This document shows positions 16,243-25,151 of a stretch of DNA of 32,000 nucleotides, in pieces. Both the position numbers and the translations under genes were made by a program. Position 1 is the stretch's first letter, and each line of letters starts with the position of its first letter. Under the pieces are notes generated by a model that saw nothing but the letters and a program-made list of their open reading frames with translations, was not told where the DNA came from and ran no database searches. Location: NCBI RefSeq assembly GCF_004365815.1, contig NZ_SODD01000012.1, positions 27,446 to 59,445 on the forward strand, read 5' to 3'. The DNA is from Breznakia blatticola. GTDB lineage: Bacteria; Bacillota_I; Bacilli_A; Erysipelotrichales; Erysipelotrichaceae.

Positions 16243-19200
16243 ATGCAGAAAAAGAAAAACCTAAAGATGAGGTTCTTTAGTTATGCATTGATGGTCACCA
16301 TTATTGGATCCCTAAGTATCAATGCATTCTTTTCGTATGATTTGCAAAACCATCAAATTCTCATGAAACAAGAAGAACAAGATGAAAAGCTAGATCATGA
16401 AGAAAAGCAAATTGAAGAACAAACAAATGATTCAATTGAGAACGTTAAAGTTGGAACGGATAATCTGATCCAACCACGAGCAGTGACTTCTGTAGTCATC
16501 GATGTTGATGAACAACCAGAAGGTGCTGATTATCTAATAAATGAAACGGCACAACCATTACGTGCATCAGGAAGCATTGAAGGAAAGCCTACAGCAACTA
16601 AGAATATTTCATATTCTTGGCAAGTAAATGATAGTCTAGACAATACCGGATGGTCGTATATTGATGGTGCGAAAGGAAAAACGTTTACACCACCTACTAA
16701 TGTTGTGGGAACAAAATACTATCGTCTCTTTATGGCATACTCTAGTCCGATTGAAGGAATGTTTGCTGGGGTGTCTAGGGCGGTACCGATTGTTGTACAT
16801 GACAAGGCAAAACAACCATCTATTACAACACAACCGGTAGGAGCAACATATCGACAAGGCGACACTGTAACACCTTTAAAAGTGACAGCTAGAAAATCAG
16901 ATGAAGGAACGCTAACGTATCAGTGGTATTCAACTTCAGTAAAAGGAAATGTTGGTGGAGTATTGATTCAAGGAGCAACAAAATCAACCTATACACCACC
17001 TTTAGATAATATAGAAACAAGATACTATTATGTTGTTGTGACTAATACTGGATATAAAAATACAAAGGCCAAAAGTACAAGTAATCCAGCGGCAATTGAA
17101 GTGAAAAAAGCGATTGTGCCTCCAAAGATTACAGAACAGCCAAGAGATTGGATTCTACCACAATCACCGACCACAAAAATTCGATTAAATGTAAAAGTGG
17201 AAGCACCAGAAGGTGCAAAACTAACGTATCAGTGGTATAAAAATGCGGATAAACCAGAGTATGGAGGAACCTTAGCAAGTGTAGTTTCTAGCAATTCACT
17301 AAGTGTTTCTACAGATAAACTTGGGAAAGCGTACTATTATGTAGAAGTTACAAGTAATGATGGAGGCGATATATCTATCGTTAGAAGTAATATTGTTTAT
17401 GTGGATATACGAGATATCGAAGAACTAACAATTGCTACACATCCAGACTCGGCAGAGTACCAACAAAACGAAGATGCAAATGCACTTAAAGTTACAACAA
17501 ACAAAATAGAATATGGAACAGTTACATATCAATGGTATAAAAATACAACAGACGCTACAGGAGGTTCTACGCAAATTCCAGGAGCCACAAAATCAACATA
17601 TACGCCACCGACTTCAGAATTAGGAAGAACTTTCTATTTTGTTCGTGTTCGAAACACGTGGGGTTCGAATGTTAAAGAAAAATGGAGTAGGATCGCAAAT
17701 GTAAACGTATTGCCAAATGCTCAAGAACCAATTATTTCAAAACAACCAATAACCATTGAATGGATAGAAGATGGAACGCCAGCAGAGTTTTCTGTAGAGG
17801 CGACATCACCTGATAAAGGGACTTTAAGTTATCAATGGTATCTATATGATAGTAAAACTGGTGGTACTGGAAGATTAATTAATGGAGCTACCAAATCAAC
17901 ATTTACACCAAAAGATGTAACAGTTGGCTCGAAATACTATGGAGTTACAGTTACAAATACGTTGAATAACTCAAGTAAGTCAGTTGAAAGTGAACGTGCT
18001 GTAGCACGCATTGTTAGTCGAGCAGAGATTCCTACAATTACAGAGCAACCAGCAGATGTAATTTATGGACAAGGGGCAAAAGCAGAACCATTAAAAGTTG
18101 TTGCTGAAGTAAGTGATGGTGGAACCCTGAAATATCAATGGTTTTCACGAAGTGGGGCATATAATACAATAAAGAATCCAATTTCAGGGCAAACGATGGA
18201 CCAGTTTATTCCAGATACGAGTACGATTGGATATAAGTACTATCATGTAGATGTTTACAATTACTCTGGACAATCTTATAAAACAAGTAGAAGTAGAGTT
18301 GTTAAAGTACAAGTAGTTCCTGCAGCAAATGCACCAACCATTAATGAACAACCAAATGATGCAACCTATGGAAAACATGCAGAAGCAGATAAGTTATCAG
18401 TAACTGCGACTTCGGATACAGGAGTATTAAGTTATCAATGGTATGAAAATAGTACAAAGTCAAATACCGGTGGAAATGAAATTTTCGGTGCGACAAATAA
18501 AGACTATAGACCAAGTACTGGAAGTCTAGGGAAAAAGTATTACTATGTAAAAGTAACAAATACAGTACATGGAACTTCGAAATCAACAGTAAGTAATGCT
18601 GCAGAAATTGAGATAGTAAGTGCAGCAGAAACTCCAAAGATTACAAAACATCCAGATTCAGCAATTTACGGAAAAGGTGCTAAAGCAGACTTTCTTTCAG
18701 TAGAAGCGAGTGTAAATGATACTGGAACCTTAAGTTGTCAATGGTATCAATCTACATCAGAAAATGGTAATAATGCATTAGAAATAAATGATGCGACAGC
18801 CTCTACATATAAGCCAAGAACATTCACAACAGGTAAACTCTACTACTTTGTTGAAGTTACAAACACAAAGCATAAAACTACACGTGTATCGAGAAGTAAA
18901 ATTGCAAGTATTGAAGTTGTTGAGGCAGCTAAAAAACCAATCATTGAAAACCAACCTGAAGGTGATATTTATGAAATCAATGAGCAAGCAAATACTCTAC
19001 ATGTGGATGCTAGAAAAGATGGTGATGGAACACTTAGTTACCAATGGTATGAATTTGAAACATTCAACAGTGATACAAAACATCCAATTGAAGGGGAAAC
19101 AACGGATAGTTATACACCAAGTACAACTACATTAGGTGAGAAAGCCTACTGTGTCGTTATTACAAATACACTTCATGGTACCACTGCATCTGTTGAAAGT

Positions 19201-22104
19201 GAACGAGTTGAAATCAAAGTATTTGAACCAACTGGAATTCCTACAATTACTGAGAATCCAAAATCAGCAATTTATGGACAAAAGGCAAAAGCAAAAACAC
19301 TGCGTGTAAGTGCAATTGCGAAAGCAGGTGGAACGCTTAGTTATCAATGGTATCAAAACGATCAACCAACAATAGATGGAGCAACTGCAATTGATCAAGA
19401 AACAAGTACAACGTATACACCAAGTACCGAAACACTTGGACATACATACTATTTTGCAATTGTGACAAACACGGAAAATGATATTTCTAAAGAAGCAACG
19501 AGTGAGATTGCTGATATCGAAGTTATTGCACCAGCAACAAAACCAACAATCAACGTCAAACCTCAAAATGCAATTTATGGTAAAGGGGCAACTGCAAAGC
19601 CATTAGAAGTTGATGCAAGTGCAAGCGACGGTGGAATCCTAACTTACAAATGGTTTAAAATCAGTAGTAAAAAAACAGGTGTAGGAAAATCCATAGATGA
19701 TGCGACTAATAGCGTGTATACGCCAAGTACGGATGTTGTTGAAACTGCATATTACTATGTAGAGGTAACCAATACACTACATGGTACTAGTGCAGTAAGT
19801 GAAAGTGATAGGATACGAATAGATATCGTAAATGCAGCAGCAAAACCTGATATCACTGGACAACCAAAAGATAGTATTTATGGAAAAGGTGCCGCAGCTA
19901 ACAAACTTGTTGTGGAAGCAAGTTCGAGCGATACTGGGACACTAAGCTATCAATGGTATCAAAGTGCAAACAAAGATGGTTCAAATGCCAAAGCAATTAA
20001 GGATGCAACAAATGATACCTACGCACCAAGCACAAACACACTTGGGAAAAACTATTACTATGTCGAAGTAACCAATACATTGTATGGAACTACTGCTAAA
20101 AATCAAAGTAATATCGCAGAAATTGAGGTAATCGCAGCAGCGGATACCTTGACGATTACAAAATCACCAGATGATAATACGTATGGACAAGGTGCAAAAG
20201 CTGATCCGTTGAGTGTTGATGTAGATAAAAATGATAACGGAACGCTAAGCTATCAATGGTTTGCTAGTGATGACCGCTATAAAACAAATGTAGAACTAGT
20301 CCAAGGAGCAACAAAGCCAACTTATACACCAAGTACAGATGAAGTTGGATTGACATACTACTATGTCGAAGTGACGAATACGTTATATGGAACAACTTCG
20401 TCAGTAACTAGTGATGTTGCTAAAATTGAAGTTGTACCAGCTGCACAGGCAGTAAGTATCGAAAAAGATCCTGAATCTGCAATCTATGGACAAGGGGCAC
20501 ATGCTACAGATCTTGTAGTGGAAGTACGTCCAAACGATACAGGAAGTATCACATATCAATGGTTTAAAAGTAATAAAAAAGATCTATCAGATGCAACATC
20601 TATTGAAGATGCAACGACAGATAGTTACATGCCAAGTACAAAAGATATTGGCACTTCCTACTACTATGTAGAAATCACCAATACACTATATGGAACAACA
20701 GCAAAAGTAGTAAGTGAAACTGCTAAAATTGAAGTTGTTGAAAAAGCAGTAAAGCCAACAATCGATACACAACCAGAAAGTGCATACTATTTAACGGGAA
20801 GCGATGCAACTGCTTTAGAAGTAGAAGGAAGCGCAAGCAATGGGGTATTGAGTTATCAGTGGTATGAAAGTGAAAATGATGAAGTCGCATATGGGCAAGC
20901 GATACAAGATGCAACAGAAGTAACATATACACCAGATACAAGTGTAGAAGATACACGTTATTACTATGTGGTTGTTACAAATACTGAACATGGAACAACT
21001 GCTAGTCAAACAAGTGATATCGCAACGATAACTGTTGTAGATGAACCGGAAACACCAACGATTAATGAGCAACTACAAGATGCTACATACATCATAAACG
21101 ATGAACCAGAAATGCTATTTGTAGATGCTGAAGTATCTGATGATGGAGTATTAAGTTATCAATGGTATGTATCGAAAACAAAAGAATTAGAAGATGCAAC
21201 ATTGATTGAAAATGAAACGGAAGAAGCATATCTTCCAAGTACTGATGAAAAGGGTATTTTCTACTATTGGGTACAAATTACAAATACTCGCAAAGGGGAG
21301 ACAAGACATATTACAAGTGAGGCTGCAATGGTACAAGTTATTCAACCAGCGGCAACACCAATCATTCACAAACATCCTGAACATGGTACATATATACAAG
21401 ATGAAACACCACTTGCTTTACATGTACAAGCAACGGTGGAAGATGATGGACAGTTGACATATCAGTGGTATGAGCAAACAAGTGAAGAACATGAAGATAT
21501 CTTGATTGATGATGCTACAGCACATACCTTCACACCTGATACAACAGCCATTGGTTCTACATCATACTATGTAGTTATAACCAATACACTTGATGATCAA
21601 ACTAGCCAAGTGACAAGTGAAGTTGCTACTATACAAGTAAAGAAACAACCAGAACCAACAATTGATCCAGAAGAAGGAGAACTTCCTCCTATTGATGAAA
21701 TAGATTTGACAGATTCTTTGGATAATGAAAATACTGTGAACAAAACGGATGGTTTAGAACCATCAACTCCTGCAAATGATGGTACAGATGCAAATGTATC
21801 TGCAACACAAGATACACATATAAACATTGCAAATAACCAACATGCAGACAAAAAGGGTGTAACTAATACCAACGATGAAGTTAAAAACACAAAAAACGAT
21901 CAACATCACAAACAAAAAAGTGCGAATACAAATAAAGATATATTGACTACATCTGACAATCATAACGGATGGAGTTTGACATCCTATATCTTAATGGCGG
22001 CAGGTTTCCTATCATTATTTGGACTGTTCTTCTTACTTATTTTCCTGTGGAAGCGTAAAAAAGATGACGAAGAAGACAGCGAACAAACAGCCAATGAACG
22101 TTAG
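16243..22104 (+). CDS. Large secreted, membrane-anchored protein with 17 tandem Ig-like repeat modules (putative adhesin or fibril)
   Basis: Start at ATG 16243 (AAAGAGGAG 8 nt upstream). Signal-peptide-like N-terminus MQKKKNLKMRFFSYALMVTIIGSLSINAFF. 17 modules of ~101 aa, a polar low-complexity C-terminal stalk, one TM helix (SYILMAAGFLSLFGLFFLLIFLW), then KRKKDDEEDSEQTANER. Confidence 0.85.
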   Translation: MQKKKNLKMRFFSYALMVTIIGSLSINAFFSYDLQNHQILMKQEEQDEKLDHEEKQIEEQTNDSIENVKVGTDNLIQPRAVTSVVIDVDEQPEGADYLINETAQPLRASGSIEGKPTATKNISYSWQVNDSLDNTGWSYIDGAKGKTFTPPTNVVGTKYYRLFMAYSSPIEGMFAGVSRAVPIVVHDKAKQPSITTQPVGATYRQGDTVTPLKVTARKSDEGTLTYQWYSTSVKGNVGGVLIQGATKSTYTPPLDNIETRYYYVVVTNTGYKNTKAKSTSNPAAIEVKKAIVPPKITEQPRDWILPQSPTTKIRLNVKVEAPEGAKLTYQWYKNADKPEYGGTLASVVSSNSLSVSTDKLGKAYYYVEVTSNDGGDISIVRSNIVYVDIRDIEELTIATHPDSAEYQQNEDANALKVTTNKIEYGTVTYQWYKNTTDATGGSTQIPGATKSTYTPPTSELGRTFYFVRVRNTWGSNVKEKWSRIANVNVLPNAQEPIISKQPITIEWIEDGTPAEFSVEATSPDKGTLSYQWYLYDSKTGGTGRLINGATKSTFTPKDVTVGSKYYGVTVTNTLNNSSKSVESERAVARIVSRAEIPTITEQPADVIYGQGAKAEPLKVVAEVSDGGTLKYQWFSRSGAYNTIKNPISGQTMDQFIPDTSTIGYKYYHVDVYNYSGQSYKTSRSRVVKVQVVPAANAPTINEQPNDATYGKHAEADKLSVTATSDTGVLSYQWYENSTKSNTGGNEIFGATNKDYRPSTGSLGKKYYYVKVTNTVHGTSKSTVSNAAEIEIVSAAETPKITKHPDSAIYGKGAKADFLSVEASVNDTGTLSCQWYQSTSENGNNALEINDATASTYKPRTFTTGKLYYFVEVTNTKHKTTRVSRSKIASIEVVEAAKKPIIENQPEGDIYEINEQANTLHVDARKDGDGTLSYQWYEFETFNSDTKHPIEGETTDSYTPSTTTLGEKAYCVVITNTLHGTTASVESERVEIKVFEPTGIPTITENPKSAIYGQKAKAKTLRVSAIAKAGGTLSYQWYQNDQPTIDGATAIDQETSTTYTPSTETLGHTYYFAIVTNTENDISKEATSEIADIEVIAPATKPTINVKPQNAIYGKGATAKPLEVDASASDGGILTYKWFKISSKKTGVGKSIDDATNSVYTPSTDVVETAYYYVEVTNTLHGTSAVSESDRIRIDIVNAAAKPDITGQPKDSIYGKGAAANKLVVEASSSDTGTLSYQWYQSANKDGSNAKAIKDATNDTYAPSTNTLGKNYYYVEVTNTLYGTTAKNQSNIAEIEVIAAADTLTITKSPDDNTYGQGAKADPLSVDVDKNDNGTLSYQWFASDDRYKTNVELVQGATKPTYTPSTDEVGLTYYYVEVTNTLYGTTSSVTSDVAKIEVVPAAQAVSIEKDPESAIYGQGAHATDLVVEVRPNDTGSITYQWFKSNKKDLSDATSIEDATTDSYMPSTKDIGTSYYYVEITNTLYGTTAKVVSETAKIEVVEKAVKPTIDTQPESAYYLTGSDATALEVEGSASNGVLSYQWYESENDEVAYGQAIQDATEVTYTPDTSVEDTRYYYVVVTNTEHGTTASQTSDIATITVVDEPETPTINEQLQDATYIINDEPEMLFVDAEVSDDGVLSYQWYVSKTKELEDATLIENETEEAYLPSTDEKGIFYYWVQITNTRKGETRHITSEAAMVQVIQPAATPIIHKHPEHGTYIQDETPLALHVQATVEDDGQLTYQWYEQTSEEHEDILIDDATAHTFTPDTTAIGSTSYYVVITNTLDDQTSQVTSEVATIQVKKQPEPTIDPEEGELPPIDEIDLTDSLDNENTVNKTDGLEPSTPANDGTDANVSATQDTHINIANNQHADKKGVTNTNDEVKNTKNDQHHKQKSANTNKDILTTSDNHNGWSLTSYILMAAGFLSLFGLFFLLIFLWKRKKDDEEDSEQTANER
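16483..21645 (+). repeat. 17 in-frame tandem coding repeats, period 300-309 bp (mostly 303 bp)
   Basis: The conserved Tyr-x-Trp codon triplet (TAT/TAC/TGT-CAA/CAG/AAA/TCT-TGG) starts at 16612, 16918, 17227, 17527, 17830, 18133, 18433, 18736, 19039, 19342, 19645, 19948, 20251, 20554, 20854, 21157 and 21460. The copies are diverged at DNA level, not identical. Confidence 0.9.
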
Positions 22105-22116
22105 ATAAGGGTATAT

Positions 22117-22151
22117 AAAAAGCTTGACTCGAAGAAGAGCCAAGCTTTTTT
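22117..22151. terminator. Bidirectional terminator between the surface-protein gene and the convergent minus-strand operon
   Basis: AAAAAGCTTGACTC (22117-22130) / GAGCCAAGCTTTTT (22137-22150) is a 14-bp stem with one A-C mismatch and a GAAGAA loop. An A-run lies on one side and a T-run on the other. Confidence 0.8.
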
Positions 22152-22156
22152 CTAAC

Positions 22157-22756
22157 TTATTTATTTGCGTTTTTTTCCATTAAATTTTTAGAGATATCCG
22201 CATATTTTTTTGCATTTGCTTTATCGCCTTTGTTTTCGTATTGCACAGATAATAAGTATGCAGTTACACCTTTTGCGGTACTATCCTGCATTTCAAATTG
22301 TTCCAACATTTCATCAATGTAGTTTGATTTCTTCATCATGAAGATATCATAAATACGTTGTGCTTCCGCTTCCATTGCCGGATGATCCAGTGTTTTTACT
22401 AAATCTAAAGCTTCTTTTGCTTTCCCTGGTTTTTCAACTCCTACATAGTAGTTGAAAGCCTTCATATATACGTCTTCTTTTTGTTTCTTCGACATTTTGT
22501 AGCTAAGAAGTTTTTGCAATCCTGCTTCAATTTTCTTTTCATCACCTTGTAGTACGTATGCATTTAAACGTAAGTAATCACGGTTAAATTGAGGGTATAG
22601 GTATTTCATCAATGGTGTATCAATTTTTGCTTCAAAGGTTTTAAAGTCACCTGTTTGAAGGTAGGTTAATAATTTTTTAAATTGCGTTCTTTTTAATACT
22701 TGAATAACAATTGTAGATAGTGCAACTACAACAAATGCGATAATAACATAATTCAT
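22157..22756 (-). CDS. N-terminally membrane-anchored all-helical (TPR-like?) protein of unknown function
   Basis: 199 aa. One N-terminal TM segment (YVIIAFVVVALSTIVIQVL), then Lys/Glu/Ala/Tyr-rich helical repeats. AAAGGAGAA Shine-Dalgarno 7 nt upstream. I recognised no family. Confidence 0.6.
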   Translation of the reverse strand: MNYVIIAFVVVALSTIVIQVLKRTQFKKLLTYLQTGDFKTFEAKIDTPLMKYLYPQFNRDYLRLNAYVLQGDEKKIEAGLQKLLSYKMSKKQKEDVYMKAFNYYVGVEKPGKAKEALDLVKTLDHPAMEAEAQRIYDIFMMKKSNYIDEMLEQFEMQDSTAKGVTAYLLSVQYENKGDKANAKKYADISKNLMEKNANK

Positions 22757-22773
22757 GTGTTTTCTCCTTTATC

Positions 22774-23292
22774 CTATTCTTTAGTCAATGCAATTACATA
22801 ACGTATTGCCATATAGCCACTTAATAAGGCAACTGCAAATGATGCAAGTGCAATGAGTAAATTAGTTTCGATGTAATTTTCAATGATTACATTTGCTACA
22901 AGTAGTACAGATAGTGCTACATATAGACAAATACGTAAAATTAAACCACCTTTTTCTATTTTTTTAGCTTCATTTGTAGATGCACGTGCTGCACTTGGAT
23001 TGAAACTTTTAATTTGCGTAAATCTTGCAAGTAATTTACGGTAATGCCACTCCATGTAAACAAAACTTAAAGCAGCAATTAATAGTGACATCCAGTGATT
23101 CAAATTGAATAGTAATTCACAGAAGATAAATGCAACAAGTGCAATTGCATATCGATAACTCAATACTTGATATCGTTGCGTTGCATCACTTGGAATTACG
23201 TATCCTGTTTGTTTACGTTTGTTGTAGTAGATTGCACGATTGTGCTTATCATAATATATGTTTTTCCCGTTTAAAACGATTTCTTTTGCCAT
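22774..23292 (-). CDS. Polytopic membrane protein of unknown function
   Basis: 172 aa from ATG 23292 (MAKEIVLNG). The GTG at 23304 sits inside the GAGGTG Shine-Dalgarno. A soluble basic N-terminal ~45 aa is followed by about four hydrophobic segments. 17 nt upstream of the next gene, so probably co-transcribed. Confidence 0.6.
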   Translation of the reverse strand: MAKEIVLNGKNIYYDKHNRAIYYNKRKQTGYVIPSDATQRYQVLSYRYAIALVAFIFCELLFNLNHWMSLLIAALSFVYMEWHYRKLLARFTQIKSFNPSAARASTNEAKKIEKGGLILRICLYVALSVLLVANVIIENYIETNLLIALASFAVALLSGYMAIRYVIALTKE

Positions 23293-23315
23293 AATATATT
23301 TCACCTCTAGATTTT

Positions 23316-23348
23316 ATTATATAGCCTTCATTATGGAATATCCATAAT
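23316..23348 (-). promoter_or_regulatory. Predicted promoter of the unknown two-gene operon, overlapped by an 8-3-8 palindrome
   Basis: On the minus strand, TGGATA (fwd 23339-23344), 17 nt of spacer, then TATAAT (fwd 23316-23321). The perfect palindrome ATTATGGA-ATA-TCCATAAT (23330-23348) covers the -35 and part of the spacer. Confidence 0.45.
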
Positions 23349-23394
23349 AAATTAGCGAATCATTTGCACAAATTAACAAATCAAGGCGTATTTA

Positions 23395-23422
23395 TTGAAT
23401 TCTAGAGGAAGAGGGTTATAAT
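23395..23422 (+). promoter_or_regulatory. agaS promoter
   Basis: TTGAAT (23395-23400), 16 nt of spacer, then TATAAT (23417-23422). GGAGG Shine-Dalgarno at 23433-23437. Confidence 0.55.
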
Positions 23423-23444
23423 TCAATTGAGCGGAGGTATTAAA

Positions 23445-24620
23445 ATGATTTATAACGTATCAATAGATGAATTAAAAAAAGAAAATGCGTTTTGGACAGC
23501 AAGTGAAATTCACCAACAACCTAAAACGTGGAAAAAAACGTTAGCGCAAGTAGAAAGTGAAAAAGATGCGATCCAAGCATTTATCAATAAGGTAATCACA
23601 CAAGATGACTTTGATGTTATCTTAACTGGTGCTGGAACAAGTGAGTTTGTTGGGAATGCAGTATTCTCATACTTAAACACAAAATTAAACAATAAGGCAC
23701 GTTCTTATGCAACAACTGATATTGTTGCTTGCCCAGAGAACTACTTATCACGTACGAAACCAACTTTACTTATTTCGTATGGACGTTCAGGAAACTCTCC
23801 TGAATCTGTTGCAGCAGTTGAAGTTGCAAACGTGGTTTGTGAAAACATTTACCACTTATTTATTACATGTAACCACGAAGGTGCATTATCAGAATTTGCC
23901 AAAGGTAAAGACAACTGTTATGCAATTAACTTAACACCTGAAACACATGACCAAAGTTTTGCGATGACTTCAAGTTTCTCAAATATGTATTTGGCAACTG
24001 TTTTAAGTTTTAATTTAGATAACCTAGATGAAATGAAAAACCGTGTGGATGCAATTGCTGCAGGTGTAGATGAATTAGTAAACGAACAATACACATTCCC
24101 TGAAATGTTAGTCAGTGGATTTGATTTCAAACGTATTGTATATTTAGGAAGTAATACAAATAAAGGTGTTGCCCAAGAATCAGCATTAAAAATGCTAGAA
24201 TTAACAGCTGGTGAAGTTGTGACTATGTATGATACACCACTTGGTTTCCGTCATGGACCAAAATCGATTATTGACCCAGAAACACTTACAGTTGTATACT
24301 TAAGTGACGATGCTTATACACGTCAATATGAGATTGATATTCTTAAAGAAATGAGTCCACAACGTAAAGGTAATAAAATTCTTGCGATTTCATCAAGTGA
24401 AGATGAACAAGCAGAAGAACTTGTAGATTACTTCTACAGTTTTGACAACAAAGAGAAAATGGAAAATGTTTTCTTAGGACTTGAATACATCGTTATGGCT
24501 CAATTAATTGCGTACTACAAGAGTCTTTCACTAGAAAAAACACCAGACAATCCATGTCCAACAGGTGAAGTGAATCGTGTAGTAAAAGGGGTAACAATCT
24601 ACCCGTACATAAAGAAATAA
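23445..24620 (+). CDS. agaS: SIS-domain galactosamine/tagatose-6-phosphate deaminase-isomerase (AgaS family)
   Basis: 391 aa from ATG 23445. Two SIS-type modules (ILTGAGTSEFVG..GRSGNSPES and YLGSNTNKGVAQESALK). The length and N-terminal FWTASEIHQQP match AgaS-like proteins. The IIA gene follows 14 nt downstream. Confidence 0.85.
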   Translation: MIYNVSIDELKKENAFWTASEIHQQPKTWKKTLAQVESEKDAIQAFINKVITQDDFDVILTGAGTSEFVGNAVFSYLNTKLNNKARSYATTDIVACPENYLSRTKPTLLISYGRSGNSPESVAAVEVANVVCENIYHLFITCNHEGALSEFAKGKDNCYAINLTPETHDQSFAMTSSFSNMYLATVLSFNLDNLDEMKNRVDAIAAGVDELVNEQYTFPEMLVSGFDFKRIVYLGSNTNKGVAQESALKMLELTAGEVVTMYDTPLGFRHGPKSIIDPETLTVVYLSDDAYTRQYEIDILKEMSPQRKGNKILAISSSEDEQAEELVDYFYSFDNKEKMENVFLGLEYIVMAQLIAYYKSLSLEKTPDNPCPTGEVNRVVKGVTIYPYIKK

Positions 24621-24633
24621 AAGGAGAAAGATT

Positions 24634-25065
24634 ATGATCGGATTAGTAGTAACAGGACACGGAAATTTCGGTTCAGGGCTTACAAGCTCAGTAAACTTAA
24701 TCGCTGGAGAACCAGCAAACTATGAATATGTGGATTTCACTGTAGAAAAAACACCAGAAATCTTAGAAGATGAATTACGCGAAGCATTCGACCGTTTAAA
24801 AGAATGTGAAGGAATCATCGTATTAAGTGACCTTCCAGGTGGTTCACCATTTAAAGTGGCTGCTACACTTGCGCAAGGATACAAAGATGTATACGTGTTA
24901 GGTGGAACAAACTTACCTATGATTGCAGAGCTTACAATGGCAAGAACAATGATTGAAGATGTTCATGCATTAGTTGATATGGCAATTAACACTGGTAAAG
25001 ATCAAATTGTGAAATTTGAAATTAAAAAACCAGCGGCTCAAACAGAACCAACTGACGGAATTTAA
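24634..25065 (+). CDS. PTS mannose-family EIIA component
   Basis: 143 aa. The N-terminal IGLVVTGHGNFGSG carries the phosphorylatable His of mannose-class IIA, and DLPGGSP is also present. AAGGAGAAA Shine-Dalgarno. Confidence 0.88.
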   Translation: MIGLVVTGHGNFGSGLTSSVNLIAGEPANYEYVDFTVEKTPEILEDELREAFDRLKECEGIIVLSDLPGGSPFKVAATLAQGYKDVYVLGGTNLPMIAELTMARTMIEDVHALVDMAINTGKDQIVKFEIKKPAAQTEPTDGI

Positions 25066-25075
25066 TTGATATAAG

Positions 25076-25098
25076 ACGGACTTTGATGGTCCGTTTTT
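25076..25098 (+). terminator. Terminator after agaS-EIIA
   Basis: 7-bp stem ACGGACT (25076-25082) / GGTCCGT (25088-25094), with the closing pair a G-U, and a 5-nt loop. The last stem T begins a T5 run (25094-25098). Confidence 0.65.
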
Positions 25099-25151
25099 AT
25101 TTGTTTAAACTAAAATGCATGATAGACTTTTTGTGTAAGGGAGTAAATATT

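Noticed and set aside
16483-21645. The regular ~303-bp periodicity could suggest a CRISPR array or a satellite repeat.
   Set aside because: The period is a multiple of 3 throughout and lies inside one open reading frame. The units are diverged and conserved mainly at the amino-acid level. There is no short identical repeat with unique spacers.
16636-21963. Many 60-115-aa ORFs in other frames or strands inside the giant repeat gene (for example 18341-18637, 18788-19135, 19264-19566, 20815-21072, 21597-21890).
   Set aside because: They are by-products of the repetitive coding sequence. They have no ribosome-binding sites and implausible compositions (Cys/His/Leu-rich), whereas the + frame is uninterrupted for 5.9 kb.
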